A DNA stretch of 64,000 nt from an uncultured Gemmatimonadales bacterium (GCA_963728445.1 CAVSJO010000008.1:42330-106329), one strand, 5' to 3'. Counted from the first letter of the stretch, positions 1-10,600 are shown. Numbers and translations: made by a program. Notes: a model not told the origin generated them from the sequence alone.

Positions 1-125
1 TTCGACATCTTGCCGCTGGCGTACGCCAGCACCTCGTGCCCGTTCTCCAGCTCGACCCGGAAGTTCTGATCGGGGAGCACCTCCGTCACCACGCCTTCCA
101 TCTTGATCGCTTCCTGCTTCGCCAT
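1..125 (-). CDS. infA: translation initiation factor IF-1 (C-terminal end runs off the window)
   Basis: Reverse-strand ATG at 125, preceded by AGGAGA. It translates to [41 protein letters not shown], the canonical IF-1 N-terminus. It is absent from the ORF track because the window edge truncates it. Confidence 0.85.
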   Translation of the reverse strand, partial: MAKQEAIKMEGVVTEVLPDQNFRVELENGHEVLAYASGKMS

Positions 126-339
126 ACGGTCTCCTGTCCTCTGTTCAAAAACGAATCGCCCCCGGCGCGAGCGTCTGCGGGCGCGCGCTGCCGCGGGGCG
201 AAAGGCGCCGGTTTCAGCCGGCAGACAATCGTTATAATCTAACGAAATCAGGGGCAGAACGCCACCATTTCGAACCCGCCGGAGTTTGGTGTCGCCTTTC
301 CGGTAGAGAGGGCGACGTCGCCTCCGCTATATTCCGGCC

Positions 340-1425
340 ATGACACCGCGCACGATGCCTCCGCCGAACGCCATGTGGGACGCCGCGCGCAGCCGGGACC
401 GCGCCTTCGACGGGCTGTTCTGGTTCGCCGTACGCACGACCGGGATCTTCTGCCGTCCGTCGTGCCCGGCCCGCAGACCGCGAAGGGAGAACGTGAGGTT
501 CTACCCGAGCGCCGGGGACGCCCTGCGCGACGGCTTCCGACCCTGCCGCCGCTGCCGCCCCCTCGAGCCGCCCGGCGGGGCGCCGTCCTGGCTCCGGCCG
601 CTGCTCGCGGACCTGGATTCGGACGCGCGCCGCCGCTGGCGGGACCGGGACCTGCGCGCGCGTGGCCTCGACCCCGCTCGCGTGCGGCGCTGGTTCAAGC
701 GAAACCACCACATGACGTTTCATGCATACCAGCGTGCCCGGCGGGTCGGGAGCGCGCTGCGCCACCTTTCCGACGGAGGCAGCGTGACGGAAACCGCATT
801 CGAGCACGGATGGGAGTCCCTCTCCGCGTTCCAGGAGGCAGTGCGTGGCCTCACGGGACTGGCGCCGCATCAGGCCCGCGCCTCCCGGGTCGTCGAGCTC
901 ACGCGCATCGAGACCCCCCTCGGCCCGATGCTGGCGGGCGCGGACGACGAAGCGCTGCGGCTCCTGGAGTTCACGGATCGACGCATGCTCGAGACGCAGC
1001 TCCGCCGCCTCCAGCGCCGCCTCGGCTGTGCCCTGGTGCCCGGCGACGGAGCGATCCTCGCGGATACGGCCGCCCAGCTCGGGGAGTACTTCGACGGGCA
1101 ACGCCGGGAGTTCACGATCCCCGTCGCGCCCGCCGGAACCGAGTTCCAGCAGGACGTGTGGCGCGAGCTCCGCGCGATCCCGTACGGCCGCACCCGCTCG
1201 TACGGCGAGCAGGCCGCAGCCATGGGGCGCCCGGAAGCGGTGCGCGCCGTCGCCCGGGCGAACGGCGACAACCCCGTCGCAGTGATCGTCCCGTGTCACA
1301 GGGTCATCGGGGCCGACGGCTCCCTTACCGGCTACGGCGGCGGCCTATGGCGCAAGCAGTGGCTCCTCGAGCTCGAGTCCCGCCACGCGGGCCTGGACGT
1401 CACGCCTCTCGGGGGCGACGCCTGA
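340..1425 (+). CDS. ada: bifunctional Ada regulator / O6-methylguanine-DNA methyltransferase
   Basis: The N-terminus has an Ada Zn-binding Cys4 pattern (FCRPSCPAR...FRPCRRCRP). The middle is an AraC-type HTH. The C-terminus has the MGMT active site, IVPCHRVIGADGSLTGYGGG. Confidence 0.9.
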   Translation: MTPRTMPPPNAMWDAARSRDRAFDGLFWFAVRTTGIFCRPSCPARRPRRENVRFYPSAGDALRDGFRPCRRCRPLEPPGGAPSWLRPLLADLDSDARRRWRDRDLRARGLDPARVRRWFKRNHHMTFHAYQRARRVGSALRHLSDGGSVTETAFEHGWESLSAFQEAVRGLTGLAPHQARASRVVELTRIETPLGPMLAGADDEALRLLEFTDRRMLETQLRRLQRRLGCALVPGDGAILADTAAQLGEYFDGQRREFTIPVAPAGTEFQQDVWRELRAIPYGRTRSYGEQAAAMGRPEAVRAVARANGDNPVAVIVPCHRVIGADGSLTGYGGGLWRKQWLLELESRHAGLDVTPLGGDA

Positions 1426-1559
1426 GCCCACCGGGAGGTCGCTGACAGTTCGCGCGGCGGCCACCGCCGATCCGTCGTGGCCTGCGCCCGTTGCCACGGC
1501 CTGCCGCGCGGGCGCATCTTCACGCCCGGACTTCCAGACTCCGCAAACGGGACGAACGC

Positions 1560-2363
1560 ATGCTCACCGACATCGGCGTATATCATCCGCAGATCGTGCA
1601 CTTCGTCATCGCCCTGCTCATCGTGGGCGTGGCGTTCCGGCTCGTCTCCCTCTCGCCATGGATGAAGTTCACCAATCCCGCCGCCACGACGCTGATCGTG
1701 TGCGGCACCATCGCCGCAGTCATCGCGGTGAAGTCCGGCGCGCAGGCCCACGGCCCGGTGGAACGCATACCGGGCGCCCGTCAGGCCGTGCAGGAGCACG
1801 AGGAGTGGGGGGAGCGAACCCGGGACATCTTCCTGGTCGTGTCCCTCCTCGAGATCGGCGCCCTCGTCCTGGCGAACCGGACGTCGAAGCTCAAGCTGGC
1901 GAAGGGGATCCGCGTCGCATCGGCGCTCGTGGGGCTGGCGGGGCTGTACGCGGTCTACGAGACGGGGGAGCACGGCGGGCGGCTCGTCTACACCTACGCC
2001 GGCGGCGTCGGCACCCGTTCCGGCGACCCCCGTGACGTGCAGAACCTGCTCGTGGCCGGCCTGTACAACGAGGCCATGACCGCCCGCCAGAGCGGCGATC
2101 ACGTTCGTGCAGCCGAGCTGATCGACCAGCTCGCGGCGCTGCGGCCCGACGACCCGTCGACCCGCATGCTCCGCATCCAGTCCCGCATCGAGGACCGGAA
2201 CGACCCGCGCGGCGCCCTGCAGACCCTCGACAGCATCACGGCGAACGCGGGCGATGACCGGTTCCTGCGCTTCCAGTCGGCCCGCCTGCGGGCGAGCGCC
2301 TACGAAAAGCTTGGGATGAAGGACTCCGCGCAGGCCATCATGGAGGGATTGCGCCGGCGCTGA
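1560..2363 (+). CDS. DUF2231-like membrane protein with C-terminal TPR-like region
   Basis: Internal ATG at 1560 gives MLTDIGVYHPQIVHFVIALL, matching the HPxxVHF signature of DUF2231. Four predicted TM helices follow, then a helical repeat tail. The upstream part of the ORF is Arg-rich junk. Confidence 0.6.
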   Translation: MLTDIGVYHPQIVHFVIALLIVGVAFRLVSLSPWMKFTNPAATTLIVCGTIAAVIAVKSGAQAHGPVERIPGARQAVQEHEEWGERTRDIFLVVSLLEIGALVLANRTSKLKLAKGIRVASALVGLAGLYAVYETGEHGGRLVYTYAGGVGTRSGDPRDVQNLLVAGLYNEAMTARQSGDHVRAAELIDQLAALRPDDPSTRMLRIQSRIEDRNDPRGALQTLDSITANAGDDRFLRFQSARLRASAYEKLGMKDSAQAIMEGLRRR

Positions 2364-2449
2364 CGGCGGGGGGTGTGCCGGGGCCGGGCGTCATAATCAA
2401 ATGTTGGAGCGGGCCGCGGCGCAAGAGGTTGTGCGAGCTGCACGGCGGC

Positions 2450-4375
2450 TCAGCCGGCGCCCGCGCGTTCCTGCCGCTCGCCGTCGGCCGCGACCGCCAG
2501 CCGGAGCGAGAAGCGCGAGCCCGTGCCCTGCTCACTCTCCACGACGATGTCGCCCCCCATCATGCGGGCGAGACGCCGGCTGATCGCCAGGCCGAGCCCC
2601 ACCCCGCCGTGCGAGCGCGTGTAGCCGCGCTCGACCTGCACGAACGGTTCGAAGACCTCCTGCATGCGATCGCGCGCGATGCCGATACCGGTGTCTTCCA
2701 CGTCGAACCGGATGGATTCGCCCGAGGCATGGTCCGGCTCCCCGTTCTCGATTTCCCACGAGACGGTGATCCTGCCGCCCGCCGGAGTGAACTTCACCGC
2801 GTTCGTGAGGAGATTGATCAGGATCTGGTCGACCCGCTGCGAATCGCCGCGGTACCGGCCGCTCTCCCGGGGCTGTGCGCCGCGGACGACCTCGACTCCC
2901 TTGCGCTCGGCCTCGGGCCCGACGACGGCCAGTGCGGAATCGAGGGACGTCGCGGCGCTTCCCTCGGACTCGCGGTACTGGAGGCGGCCGGACTCGATGC
3001 TGGAGAGGTCGAGGACGTCGTCCACCAGCGAAACCAGGTGCCGGCCGCTCGCGCGAATTCGGCCTATCTGCTTGCGCTGATCCTCCGTCAGGGGCCCCGG
3101 CAGCTCGAGCTGGAGCAGGTCTGCATAGCCGATGATGGCGTTGATGGGCGTTCGGATCTCGTGGCTCATGGTCGCCAGGAAATCGGACTTGGCCCGGCTG
3201 GCCCGTTCCGCCTCCTCCCGGGCCTGATCCGCCTCTGCCATGGCGCCCGTGAGCTGGGCGTTCGCGCCTTCCAGCTCGGAGGCCAGAGAGCGAGCGGATT
3301 CGTACTGCTGCCGCAGCGCCTCGTGCGTCGACTCCACCTCTCCGGCCATGGCGCTGAAGGCGCGGGCAAGGAACCCGAGTTCGTCGGTGCGATCGGTCTC
3401 CACTCGGCGATGGTAGTCACCCGCGGCCAGATCGGCCGCGGCCCCGCTCAGCTCCCGAAGAGGCACCGTGATGCGACGGCTCACGATCCAGGCGCCGAGC
3501 GCTCCGAGCAGGGTCAGGATCAGGGCTGCGACCATCAGCCGCCGGACGAACGTGGCAGGGCGGGCGAGGACGTCGGTCATGGGCACGCCCGCGACGATGG
3601 CCCACGGCGAAATGCTCGTGCGCGCGGCGCGGGCCATGAACGGTTCGCCGCCAGCCCCGATGAACCCGGTGAGGGTCGAGTCGGCGGCGGGCCTCGGTGG
3701 TGCTGTCACGCTCCCGCCGAGGGAGACCCACGGGCCTCCCGGGTCGACGAAGTAGACATCCGCCCTGAGTCCGATCAGATCCCCGATCTGCTCGGCCGCC
3801 CGGGGACTGCCCACCGCGCGGAGTTGGGCCAGCGAGCCGATCCGCTGTCCGCCCGCGACGACGGGAACGTCGAACCACGTATAGGCCCGCCCGTTCACGA
3901 CGACCATGTCGCTGTAGCCGCCCTTTTCAGGGATCCTGCCGGCGGACCGCGCGGCGTGGACCAGCGAGTCGCTCCACCCATCGGGGTACTGGCCGAGTCG
4001 GCCGAGAGCCTGTCGCTCCGGGCTCCACACCTCGATCGGGAGAAGGCTGTCCGTAGGCTGTCGCAGGCGATGGAGAGCGTCCTGCAGCGCGGCCGTGTCC
4101 ACAGGAAGTCCACGCAGCGCGGCGCGCACGGGGGGCGTCGAGGCGACCTCGGTGAACAACTCGATCCGCGCCTCGGCGCCGGTCCGGACGATGTCGGCGA
4201 GGCGCGAGGTGACGCGCTCGAGGCGCTCCTGGTTCGCGAGCAGGGCAGCGCCGCGGACCTCCCGGTAGGCGAGGATCGACCCCACCACGAGGAGAGCCAG
4301 CAGCAGCGACAGCATGAGGAGCGGCAGCTTCGTCTCGAGAGACAGGCCGCGGCGTTCGCTTGCAGAAGCGTTCAT
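2450..4375 (-). CDS. membrane sensor histidine kinase (periplasmic domain, HAMP, HisKA, HATPase_c)
   Basis: N-terminal TM helix, then a second TM plus HAMP. H-box is SHEIRTPINAIIGYADLL. The C-terminus carries the N/G1/G2 ATPase boxes. Confidence 0.85.
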   Translation of the reverse strand: MNASASERRGLSLETKLPLLMLSLLLALLVVGSILAYREVRGAALLANQERLERVTSRLADIVRTGAEARIELFTEVASTPPVRAALRGLPVDTAALQDALHRLRQPTDSLLPIEVWSPERQALGRLGQYPDGWSDSLVHAARSAGRIPEKGGYSDMVVVNGRAYTWFDVPVVAGGQRIGSLAQLRAVGSPRAAEQIGDLIGLRADVYFVDPGGPWVSLGGSVTAPPRPAADSTLTGFIGAGGEPFMARAARTSISPWAIVAGVPMTDVLARPATFVRRLMVAALILTLLGALGAWIVSRRITVPLRELSGAAADLAAGDYHRRVETDRTDELGFLARAFSAMAGEVESTHEALRQQYESARSLASELEGANAQLTGAMAEADQAREEAERASRAKSDFLATMSHEIRTPINAIIGYADLLQLELPGPLTEDQRKQIGRIRASGRHLVSLVDDVLDLSSIESGRLQYRESEGSAATSLDSALAVVGPEAERKGVEVVRGAQPRESGRYRGDSQRVDQILINLLTNAVKFTPAGGRITVSWEIENGEPDHASGESIRFDVEDTGIGIARDRMQEVFEPFVQVERGYTRSHGGVGLGLAISRRLARMMGGDIVVESEQGTGSRFSLRLAVAADGERQERAGAG

Positions 4376-4536
4376 CGGTTACTCAGGCAGGAATTTCTGC
4401 GCGCATGGTATCCCATGCCCACGGTGCGGTCAATGCGGCCGGGCGGACCCGTGCCCGGCCGTTGGCCGACTCCGTCGGTGCTCCCTACTATGGAGACCGT
4501 CCGAGTCGAGGCGTCCCCTCCGCGGAGCCGCATTCC

Positions 4537-6141
4537 ATGCGACGTTCCCCCGTCATCGCCCTCGCCGCGTGCCTGGTTGCGGCCCCCCTGCCCGAGTCCA
4601 TGGCCCGCCCACGGGTCGAGGACTTCGATCCCGTCGAGGCGACGATCCCGGAGATTCATGACGCTCTCCGCACGGGTCGGGCCACGTGCCACGAAATCGT
4701 GGCGGCGTACCTCTCGCGCATCGAGGCCTACGACCGGTCGTCGGGGCTGAACGCCGTGACCGTCACGAACCCCCGCGCCCTGGCCGTGGCCGACTCCCTC
4801 GACCGCGCGCTCCGGCTCGCCGGCGGTCGGAGCGGCGCGAACCGCGCCGCCGCGACGGGCGCCCTCTTCTGCGTACCGATGCTCGTCAAGGACAACTACG
4901 ACACCCACGACCTTCCGACGACCGGCGGCTCCATTGCGCTGAAGGACAGCCGGCCCCCGGACGACGCGACGGTCGTCCGCCGCATCCGCGCCGCGGGTGC
5001 GGTGGTCATCGCGAAGACGAACATGGCGGAGTGGGCGTTCAGCCCCCGCCAGACGGTGAGCTCGTCGTACGGAACGACCGCGAACGCGTACGCCCTGGAC
5101 CGCGTGCCGGCGGGCTCCAGCGGCGGGACCGCCTCGGGCGTGGCGGCGAGCCTGGGAGCGGCGGGGCTCGGGACGGACACCGGCAACTCGATCCGCGGGC
5201 CGTCCTCGCACCTGGCCCTCTTCGGGATCCGGAGCACGCTCGGGCTCGTGAGCCGTGACGGGATCGTGCCGCTCTCGTTCGACCGCGACGTGGCCGGCCC
5301 GATGACGCGCACGGTCGCCGACGCCGCCCGCATCCTCGGCGTCATCGCCGGCTACGACGCGGCCGACCCGTACACCGCTCCGGCGCGGGGCCACCCCGTC
5401 CCCGACTACACGGCGTACCTGGACCCGGACGGGCTGCGGGGCGCCCGGGTGGGCGTGCTCCGGGCGCTGGCGGATCCCGCGGAAAGCGACACGTCCGTGC
5501 TCCGCCTGTTCGACGACGCCGTCGCCGACCTGCGTCGCGCCGGGGCCATCGTCGTCGACCCGTTCGTGGTTCCGCGCCTCGACTCCCTCATGCGGGCGCC
5601 GGGCATGTACTGTCAGCGTTTCCGATACGACATGAAGCGGTACCTGGACTCCCGCGGGCCGGCGGCGCCCATCCACGACGTGACCGAGGTCCTGGCGACG
5701 GGGCAGTACGCCCCGTACGTGGAGGACCGGCTCCGCAATGCCGCGAAGTACCCGGCCGACGTCGCCCCGGGAGATCGGGATCCGCCGTGCCCGGACTACG
5801 CGGAGAATGCACCGCGCCAGGCGTACCTGCGGGCGGTGGTGGCGGCGATGGACTCGGCAGGCGTCGACGTGGTCGTGTACCCGTCGTGGACGTGGCCGCC
5901 GGCGCACCTCGATCGGGCGCGGGAGGAGTACCGCGGGGACAACAGCCAGCTCGTGGCGCCGGCCACCGGCATGCCGGCGGCCACGGTCCCCATGGGCTTC
6001 TCGTACGGGCGGTTCCCGGCCGGTCTTCAGATCATGGCGAGGCCGTGGGACGAGACGAGGATCTTCAGGGTCGCGTACGCGTACGAACAGGCGACGCGCC
6101 ACAGGAGGCCGCCGTCGGGCTTTCCGCCGCTCGAGCCGTAA
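4537..6141 (+). CDS. secreted amidase-signature family amidase
   Basis: ATG at 4537 gives the signal peptide MRRSPVIALAACLVAAPL. Amidase signature is GGSSGGTASGVAASLGAAGLGTDTGNSIRGPSS. Confidence 0.85.
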   Translation: MRRSPVIALAACLVAAPLPESMARPRVEDFDPVEATIPEIHDALRTGRATCHEIVAAYLSRIEAYDRSSGLNAVTVTNPRALAVADSLDRALRLAGGRSGANRAAATGALFCVPMLVKDNYDTHDLPTTGGSIALKDSRPPDDATVVRRIRAAGAVVIAKTNMAEWAFSPRQTVSSSYGTTANAYALDRVPAGSSGGTASGVAASLGAAGLGTDTGNSIRGPSSHLALFGIRSTLGLVSRDGIVPLSFDRDVAGPMTRTVADAARILGVIAGYDAADPYTAPARGHPVPDYTAYLDPDGLRGARVGVLRALADPAESDTSVLRLFDDAVADLRRAGAIVVDPFVVPRLDSLMRAPGMYCQRFRYDMKRYLDSRGPAAPIHDVTEVLATGQYAPYVEDRLRNAAKYPADVAPGDRDPPCPDYAENAPRQAYLRAVVAAMDSAGVDVVVYPSWTWPPAHLDRAREEYRGDNSQLVAPATGMPAATVPMGFSYGRFPAGLQIMARPWDETRIFRVAYAYEQATRHRRPPSGFPPLEP

Positions 6142-6154
6142 GCGGGACGAAGCT

Positions 6155-6985
6155 TCAGGAGCCGCCCTGCGCCAGCCGCTTGCGCCAGACGACGATGGCG
6201 CCGCACGGCCGGAACCCGGGGTGGAGGACGAATTCGGGGGGCGTGTCCATCCCGCGGTAGACCTCCACCGCCTGGATGTCCTCCGGGTAGACCCAGTCGT
6301 CCAGGTGGCCGCCGTACCCGAGGACCGGCATGCCGTCGAGGAAGAGGTCGGGGATGCATTCGCGCCCGCTCACCCGCATCGCCACCACGCGGTCGAACCC
6401 GGAGCGCCCGCTCTCGAGGACGATGCTCGGAACGCCGCCGGCCAGGATCGTGCTCGCCCACCCGCCATTCTTCAGATCCCGCCCTTCCAGGAACGTCCCG
6501 CCGATGGTCGTGCGCTTCCGGTCGAAGTAGCCGCCCCGCAGCATGAAGTCGTTCGCGACGTGCGCGGAGACGACGATCGAGTCCAGCGCGATCGCCCGCG
6601 GCACCAGGCGCACCGTGAGGTCGATCTCCCCGTTCGGAGGCACGTTCACCAGGTGCGTCGCCTCTCCGTACGCGATGTGGGAGACCTTCATCTCGTAGAT
6701 TCCGGCGGCCACCCCGGAGAAGCGGAAGGTCCCGTCCGCGGTGGAGACGACGCCGGCCCGGTCGGGGCCGTCGATGACCACCGCGACGCCCTCGACCGGC
6801 TCCCCCGAGGCGTCGTCGACGACGCGGCCGACGATCGTGCCGGCGGCCGGGACGCCTCCCGGACCCGCCTGGGCGTGAGCCACCGACGCGGTGGAGCACA
6901 CCAGGCCGGCGGCGAGCACGCTCGAGATCAGGAGCGTGTTTCGGCACAGGGTCGTCCAGAGGGGACGTCGGAGTGAACCGGGCAT
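6155..6985 (-). CDS. carboxypeptidase-regulatory-like domain protein with plug-like C-terminal region
   Basis: ATG at 6985 gives a signal-like N-terminus. A CarboxypepD_reg-like beta-sandwich follows (GTIVGRVVDDASGEPVEGVAVVIDG...TFRFSGVAAGIYEMKVSHIAY). Confidence 0.6.
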   Translation of the reverse strand: MPGSLRRPLWTTLCRNTLLISSVLAAGLVCSTASVAHAQAGPGGVPAAGTIVGRVVDDASGEPVEGVAVVIDGPDRAGVVSTADGTFRFSGVAAGIYEMKVSHIAYGEATHLVNVPPNGEIDLTVRLVPRAIALDSIVVSAHVANDFMLRGGYFDRKRTTIGGTFLEGRDLKNGGWASTILAGGVPSIVLESGRSGFDRVVAMRVSGRECIPDLFLDGMPVLGYGGHLDDWVYPEDIQAVEVYRGMDTPPEFVLHPGFRPCGAIVVWRKRLAQGGS

Positions 6986-7111
6986 GGGCCTCCCATGGGG
7001 TACATCCCAATATACTTCGCTCTCCGTGAGCGTTCCACCGTCCTTGCCGCGTCCGACGACCGCCGCCATGCTTCGGCACGCGTTCTTTCATCCCCCGAAT
7101 TCCCGATCCGC

Positions 7112-8572
7112 ATGCGAGACGACTCCGAAGTCGCGCAGGAACGGCCACGTCCCCCGGCGGCCGCCGCCGAGGACAGGGGCCGCCTGCTCAAGGTGCTGGG
7201 CGTCGCCTTCGGGCTCGCCGTCATCATCGGCAACACGATCGGGATGGGCATCCTGCGCACTCCCGGCGAGGTGGCGGCGCGCCTTCCGTCGACGCCCCTC
7301 TTCCTGGCCGTCTGGGTGGCGGGCGGCGCGTACGCCCTGCTCGGAGCGCTTTCGCTGAGCGAGCTCGGGACCATGATGCCGAAGTCCGGCGGCCAGTACG
7401 TGTTCGTCCGGCACGCGCTGGGCAGCTATCCCGGCTTCGTCGTGGGCTGGAGCGACTGGGTGTCCACGTGCGGCGCGTCCGCCGCCATTGCCATGGTGCT
7501 TGCCGAGTACCTCGGCCCGCTGGTCCCGGCGCTGGCGGGCGTGCATGCCTGGGTCGCGGCAGCGGTCGTCGTCGGGTTCGCCGTGCTGCAGTGGAAGGGT
7601 ATCCGCATCGGCGACGTCGCCCAGCAGCTCACGAGCCTGCTCAAGACGCTCGCACTGGCCGGTCTCATCATCGCGATCCTGGCCTTCGCCGGCAGGTCGG
7701 GCGCCGCGTCGGCCGACGCCGTGGCCGCCGGCGCCGCGGCGGCGGGGGCCGCCGGTGCGCGCGCGGCCGGGGGAGCGGGCGCAGCCGCCGCGGCCGCGCT
7801 GCCCACGGGACTCGCCCTGCTGGCCGCCATCGTCGTCGCCCTCCAGTCGGCCATCTACACGTTCGACGGGTGGACGGGCCCGATCTACTTCGGTGAGGAG
7901 GTGAAGGACCCGGACCGCGACCTGCCCCGGGCGATGATCGGCGGCGTGCTGCTCGTCGCGGCGATCTATCTCGGGCTGAACGTCGCGTTCCTGCGCGTCG
8001 TCCCCGTGGCCGAGATGGCGGGGGACCCGTTCGTGGCCGGCACGGCCGCCGCCCGGATCTTCGGACCGGCCGGGGACACGGTGATCCGGGTGCTCATGAT
8101 CGTCTCGATGCTGGCCGCCGTGAACGCGTGTCAGCTCATGGCCTCACGGGTGCCGTACGCCATGAGCCGGGACGGCATGCTGCCGTCCGCGGTGACGCGC
8201 GTGAATCGCGGCGGAACACCCGGCCCGTCGCTGCTGCTGACCACGGTGGTCGCCCTGGGCTTCATCGCGACCAACACGTTCGACGCCGTGCTGGCCCTTC
8301 TGGCGTTCTTCTTCGTGGCCAACTACGCGCTCTCGTTCACGTCGCTGTTCGTGCTGCGACGCCGGGAGCCGGACGCGCGTCGACCCTTCCGGGTGCCCGG
8401 CTACCCCTGGGTCCCGGCCGTCGCCCTCATCGGCTCGCTCGCGTTCCTGGCAGGCGCCGTGGCGGGCGACCGGACGAACAGCGTGCGGGCGCTGGCGCTG
8501 CTGGCGCTGAGCTGGCCTGCCTGGCTATGGGCGAAGCGCAGCGGAGGCGACGCCGCGGCCCGCGCGGGATGA
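7112..8572 (+). CDS. APC-family amino acid permease
   Basis: About 12 TM helices with an APC-type N-terminus (LLKVLGVAFGLAVIIGNTIGMGILRTPGE). An Ala/Gly-rich low-complexity loop lies mid-protein. Start chosen at ATG 7112. Confidence 0.8.
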   Translation: MRDDSEVAQERPRPPAAAAEDRGRLLKVLGVAFGLAVIIGNTIGMGILRTPGEVAARLPSTPLFLAVWVAGGAYALLGALSLSELGTMMPKSGGQYVFVRHALGSYPGFVVGWSDWVSTCGASAAIAMVLAEYLGPLVPALAGVHAWVAAAVVVGFAVLQWKGIRIGDVAQQLTSLLKTLALAGLIIAILAFAGRSGAASADAVAAGAAAAGAAGARAAGGAGAAAAAALPTGLALLAAIVVALQSAIYTFDGWTGPIYFGEEVKDPDRDLPRAMIGGVLLVAAIYLGLNVAFLRVVPVAEMAGDPFVAGTAAARIFGPAGDTVIRVLMIVSMLAAVNACQLMASRVPYAMSRDGMLPSAVTRVNRGGTPGPSLLLTTVVALGFIATNTFDAVLALLAFFFVANYALSFTSLFVLRRREPDARRPFRVPGYPWVPAVALIGSLAFLAGAVAGDRTNSVRALALLALSWPAWLWAKRSGGDAAARAG

Positions 8573-8628
8573 AAACGGCGCGGGTCCCGCGAGCCCCGAA
8601 TTCGGCCCGCGGGTCCGGATCGCAGCTA

Positions 8629-9831
8629 CTACCGGCGTACCAGATCCACGGCGGCGCGCTGAACCTTCGCCTCGAGGTCGGGTGACGGCGCGCCGTCGTT
8701 GCGCGTGTTGTAGGCGGCGATCACCGCCCGTCGCGTGCGTGGACTGAAGTAGAAGAATGCGTGGAACCCTGCCTGGCTGCCCGTGTGGCCCAGCACCCGG
8801 TCCGCGCCGCTCCCGACGACGAAGAAAGAGAGGCCCATCCACTGCTCCGGCGCCGCTTCGTAGCCGTCGGACATGGGCTTTACGGGCCGCCACATCTCCT
8901 CCAGGCTCGAGCGCCGGAGCACGGTGTCGTAGAGAGCGGTGCTCCCGCCCGGGGGAGCGGCGCCGGTCAGAAACGCGGTGTAGCGCGCGAGCTCGGAGAG
9001 CGGAGCGTTCCAGCCGCCGTTCGGGACCGTGATCCCGGGGTCGAAGTCCGCGCCCTGGTCCGTGACGCGCAGACCCGACGTCGCCGAGTCGCGCTCCACC
9101 ACGTAGTTGTGGGAGCGGTGGCCGGACAGGTAGTACGGCGTGTTCCGGAAGTAGCTCTCCGTCAGGCCCAGCGGGGCGAAGATGTTCTTCTGGACGTACG
9201 ACTCCCACGGGTCCCCCGTGAGCTGCTCGATGATGCGCGCCAGATAGATGAAGGCCGGGTTCGAGTAGCCGTACCGCGACCCGGGCCTGAAGTGGATCTC
9301 CTGGTACGGCATCATCGCCACGAGCTGCTCCCACCGCGTCGGCTCGAACGGCTCCCAGTCGTATCCGTGATCGTACGGCCACGTAGGGTTCATGAAGCCG
9401 GCCGTGTGGGACATCAGCATGCGAATGGTCACGCTGTCGATCGAGCCGTACGGGTCGTGCACCCGGCGCAGCTCGGGAATGTAGTCCACGGCCCGGTCGT
9501 CGAGGCTCAGCAGCCCCCGGTCCCGGAGCTGCATGATCGAGATCGCCGTGAGCCCCTTCGTGATGGAGCCCCAGTGGAAGATCGTACTCCCGTCCACGGG
9601 AACCCCGCCGGCACGGTCCGCAAACCCGACGTCGACCCTGTCCAGCACGCGTCCGTCCTGCATGACCAGGGCGCTGGCGCCAACGATCGAGTCGGCCTGC
9701 ACGTAGGAGCGAAAGAGGGCCGTGAAGTCGCGCCACCCGGCCGGCGTCTGCGCCGCGGCGGAGCCGGGCGCGAAGGTCGCCAGGAGGACGAGGATCGGCA
9801 GCAGACGGAGACGGCGGGCGGATCGAGGCAT
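8629..9831 (-). CDS. secreted beta-lactamase-family serine hydrolase
   Basis: Signal peptide from ATG 9831. Ser-x-x-Lys motif (GSITKG) and YSN motif (YGYSNPAF). Confidence 0.8.
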   Translation of the reverse strand: MPRSARRLRLLPILVLLATFAPGSAAAQTPAGWRDFTALFRSYVQADSIVGASALVMQDGRVLDRVDVGFADRAGGVPVDGSTIFHWGSITKGLTAISIMQLRDRGLLSLDDRAVDYIPELRRVHDPYGSIDSVTIRMLMSHTAGFMNPTWPYDHGYDWEPFEPTRWEQLVAMMPYQEIHFRPGSRYGYSNPAFIYLARIIEQLTGDPWESYVQKNIFAPLGLTESYFRNTPYYLSGHRSHNYVVERDSATSGLRVTDQGADFDPGITVPNGGWNAPLSELARYTAFLTGAAPPGGSTALYDTVLRRSSLEEMWRPVKPMSDGYEAAPEQWMGLSFFVVGSGADRVLGHTGSQAGFHAFFYFSPRTRRAVIAAYNTRNDGAPSPDLEAKVQRAAVDLVRR

Positions 9832-9916
9832 TCGGGATGATGTCCTCCCTGCCGGGGCGCCGGCGAGGCCGACGCGCCACAAGGTTTAAGGGGCGGGCGC
9901 GGCCTCGCAGGCGGCG

Positions 9917-10600
9917 CTACCAGAAGCTCCAGCTGCCGGTGGCCAGGACGTACGCTCCGAGCAGTCCGTTCGTCACCGCGTGGGCCAGGACCGCGAGACG
10001 GAGATCCGCCGTCCTGCGGTACAGCTCGCCGTACGCGAGCCCCGCGAGCAGCCCCGCGAGCCAGAGGCGGTGCTCCGCGGCGAACACCGCGGACGTGATG
10101 ATGAGTGACTTCCAGCCGATGTCCCGGGGGTCGACGTCCGTGAAGCGTGGCTTCTCCAGCCAGCGCAAAAGGAACGACCGCCAGAACAGCTCCTCCATGA
10201 CGGGCACGACGAGAGCGGCCCCCGCGAGCCGGCTCAGCGCCAGCCCGGTATCGATGCGTCCGTCCACCAGAGGCGTGAACGGGTGGTCCGCAGCCCCGAG
10301 CACGAGCGGGGGAAAGTCGAGGGCGATCCAGACGGCGAAGACCGCCACGCCGACTCCGACGGCGGCCGAGACGGAGGCCAGCCCCGTGCCGCGGGCTCCA
10401 CGCAGCTCGACGTAGGACCGGGACAGGGCGAGCAGCAGGAGCGCCGTCGCCGCGCTGCGGATCGCGTACAGCCAGCGCGGATCGAAGCGCGGCTCCACCA
10501 GCGCGGACGCGAACGGCTCCGCGACGAGAAGCGCGATGAAGAGGGCGAACGGCGCGACGCGCGTCCACGCGGCCGCCCGGCCCGCGGACGGATCCGTCAC
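9917..10600 (-). CDS. CPBP-family intramembrane metalloprotease (CAAX protease-like)
   Basis: Motifs EELFWRSFL, FAAEH and HAVTNG in a polytopic membrane protein. GTG start at 10600 overlaps the upstream TGA (GTGA). Confidence 0.7.
   Translation of the reverse strand: MTDPSAGRAAAWTRVAPFALFIALLVAEPFASALVEPRFDPRWLYAIRSAATALLLLALSRSYVELRGARGTGLASVSAAVGVGVAVFAVWIALDFPPLVLGAADHPFTPLVDGRIDTGLALSRLAGAALVVPVMEELFWRSFLLRWLEKPRFTDVDPRDIGWKSLIITSAVFAAEHRLWLAGLLAGLAYGELYRRTADLRLAVLAHAVTNGLLGAYVLATGSWSFW

Noticed and set aside
232-237. A perfect TATAAT hexamer in the infA/ada intergenic region.
   Set aside because: It stands out in GC-rich DNA, but no convincing -35 lies at 16-18 nt (ttcagc is only 14 nt away). 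It sits about 100 nt from the ada start, and I cannot assign it to either gene.
2375-4750. 791-aa plus-strand ORF across the histidine kinase locus. The same pattern applies to 4372-6102, 19275-21773 upstream part, 22099-23571, 41541-43220 and 55823-58093.
   Set aside because: All overlap genes that have clear domain content in another frame or on the other strand. All show wrong-frame amino acid bias (R, G, P, A). They were treated as artefacts of high GC.
7690-7800. An Ala/Gly-rich low-complexity stretch in the APC permease, which could be a hidden frameshift or an insertion.
   Set aside because: The frame stays open and normal TM helices resume afterwards. It is most simply a GC-driven low-complexity loop.
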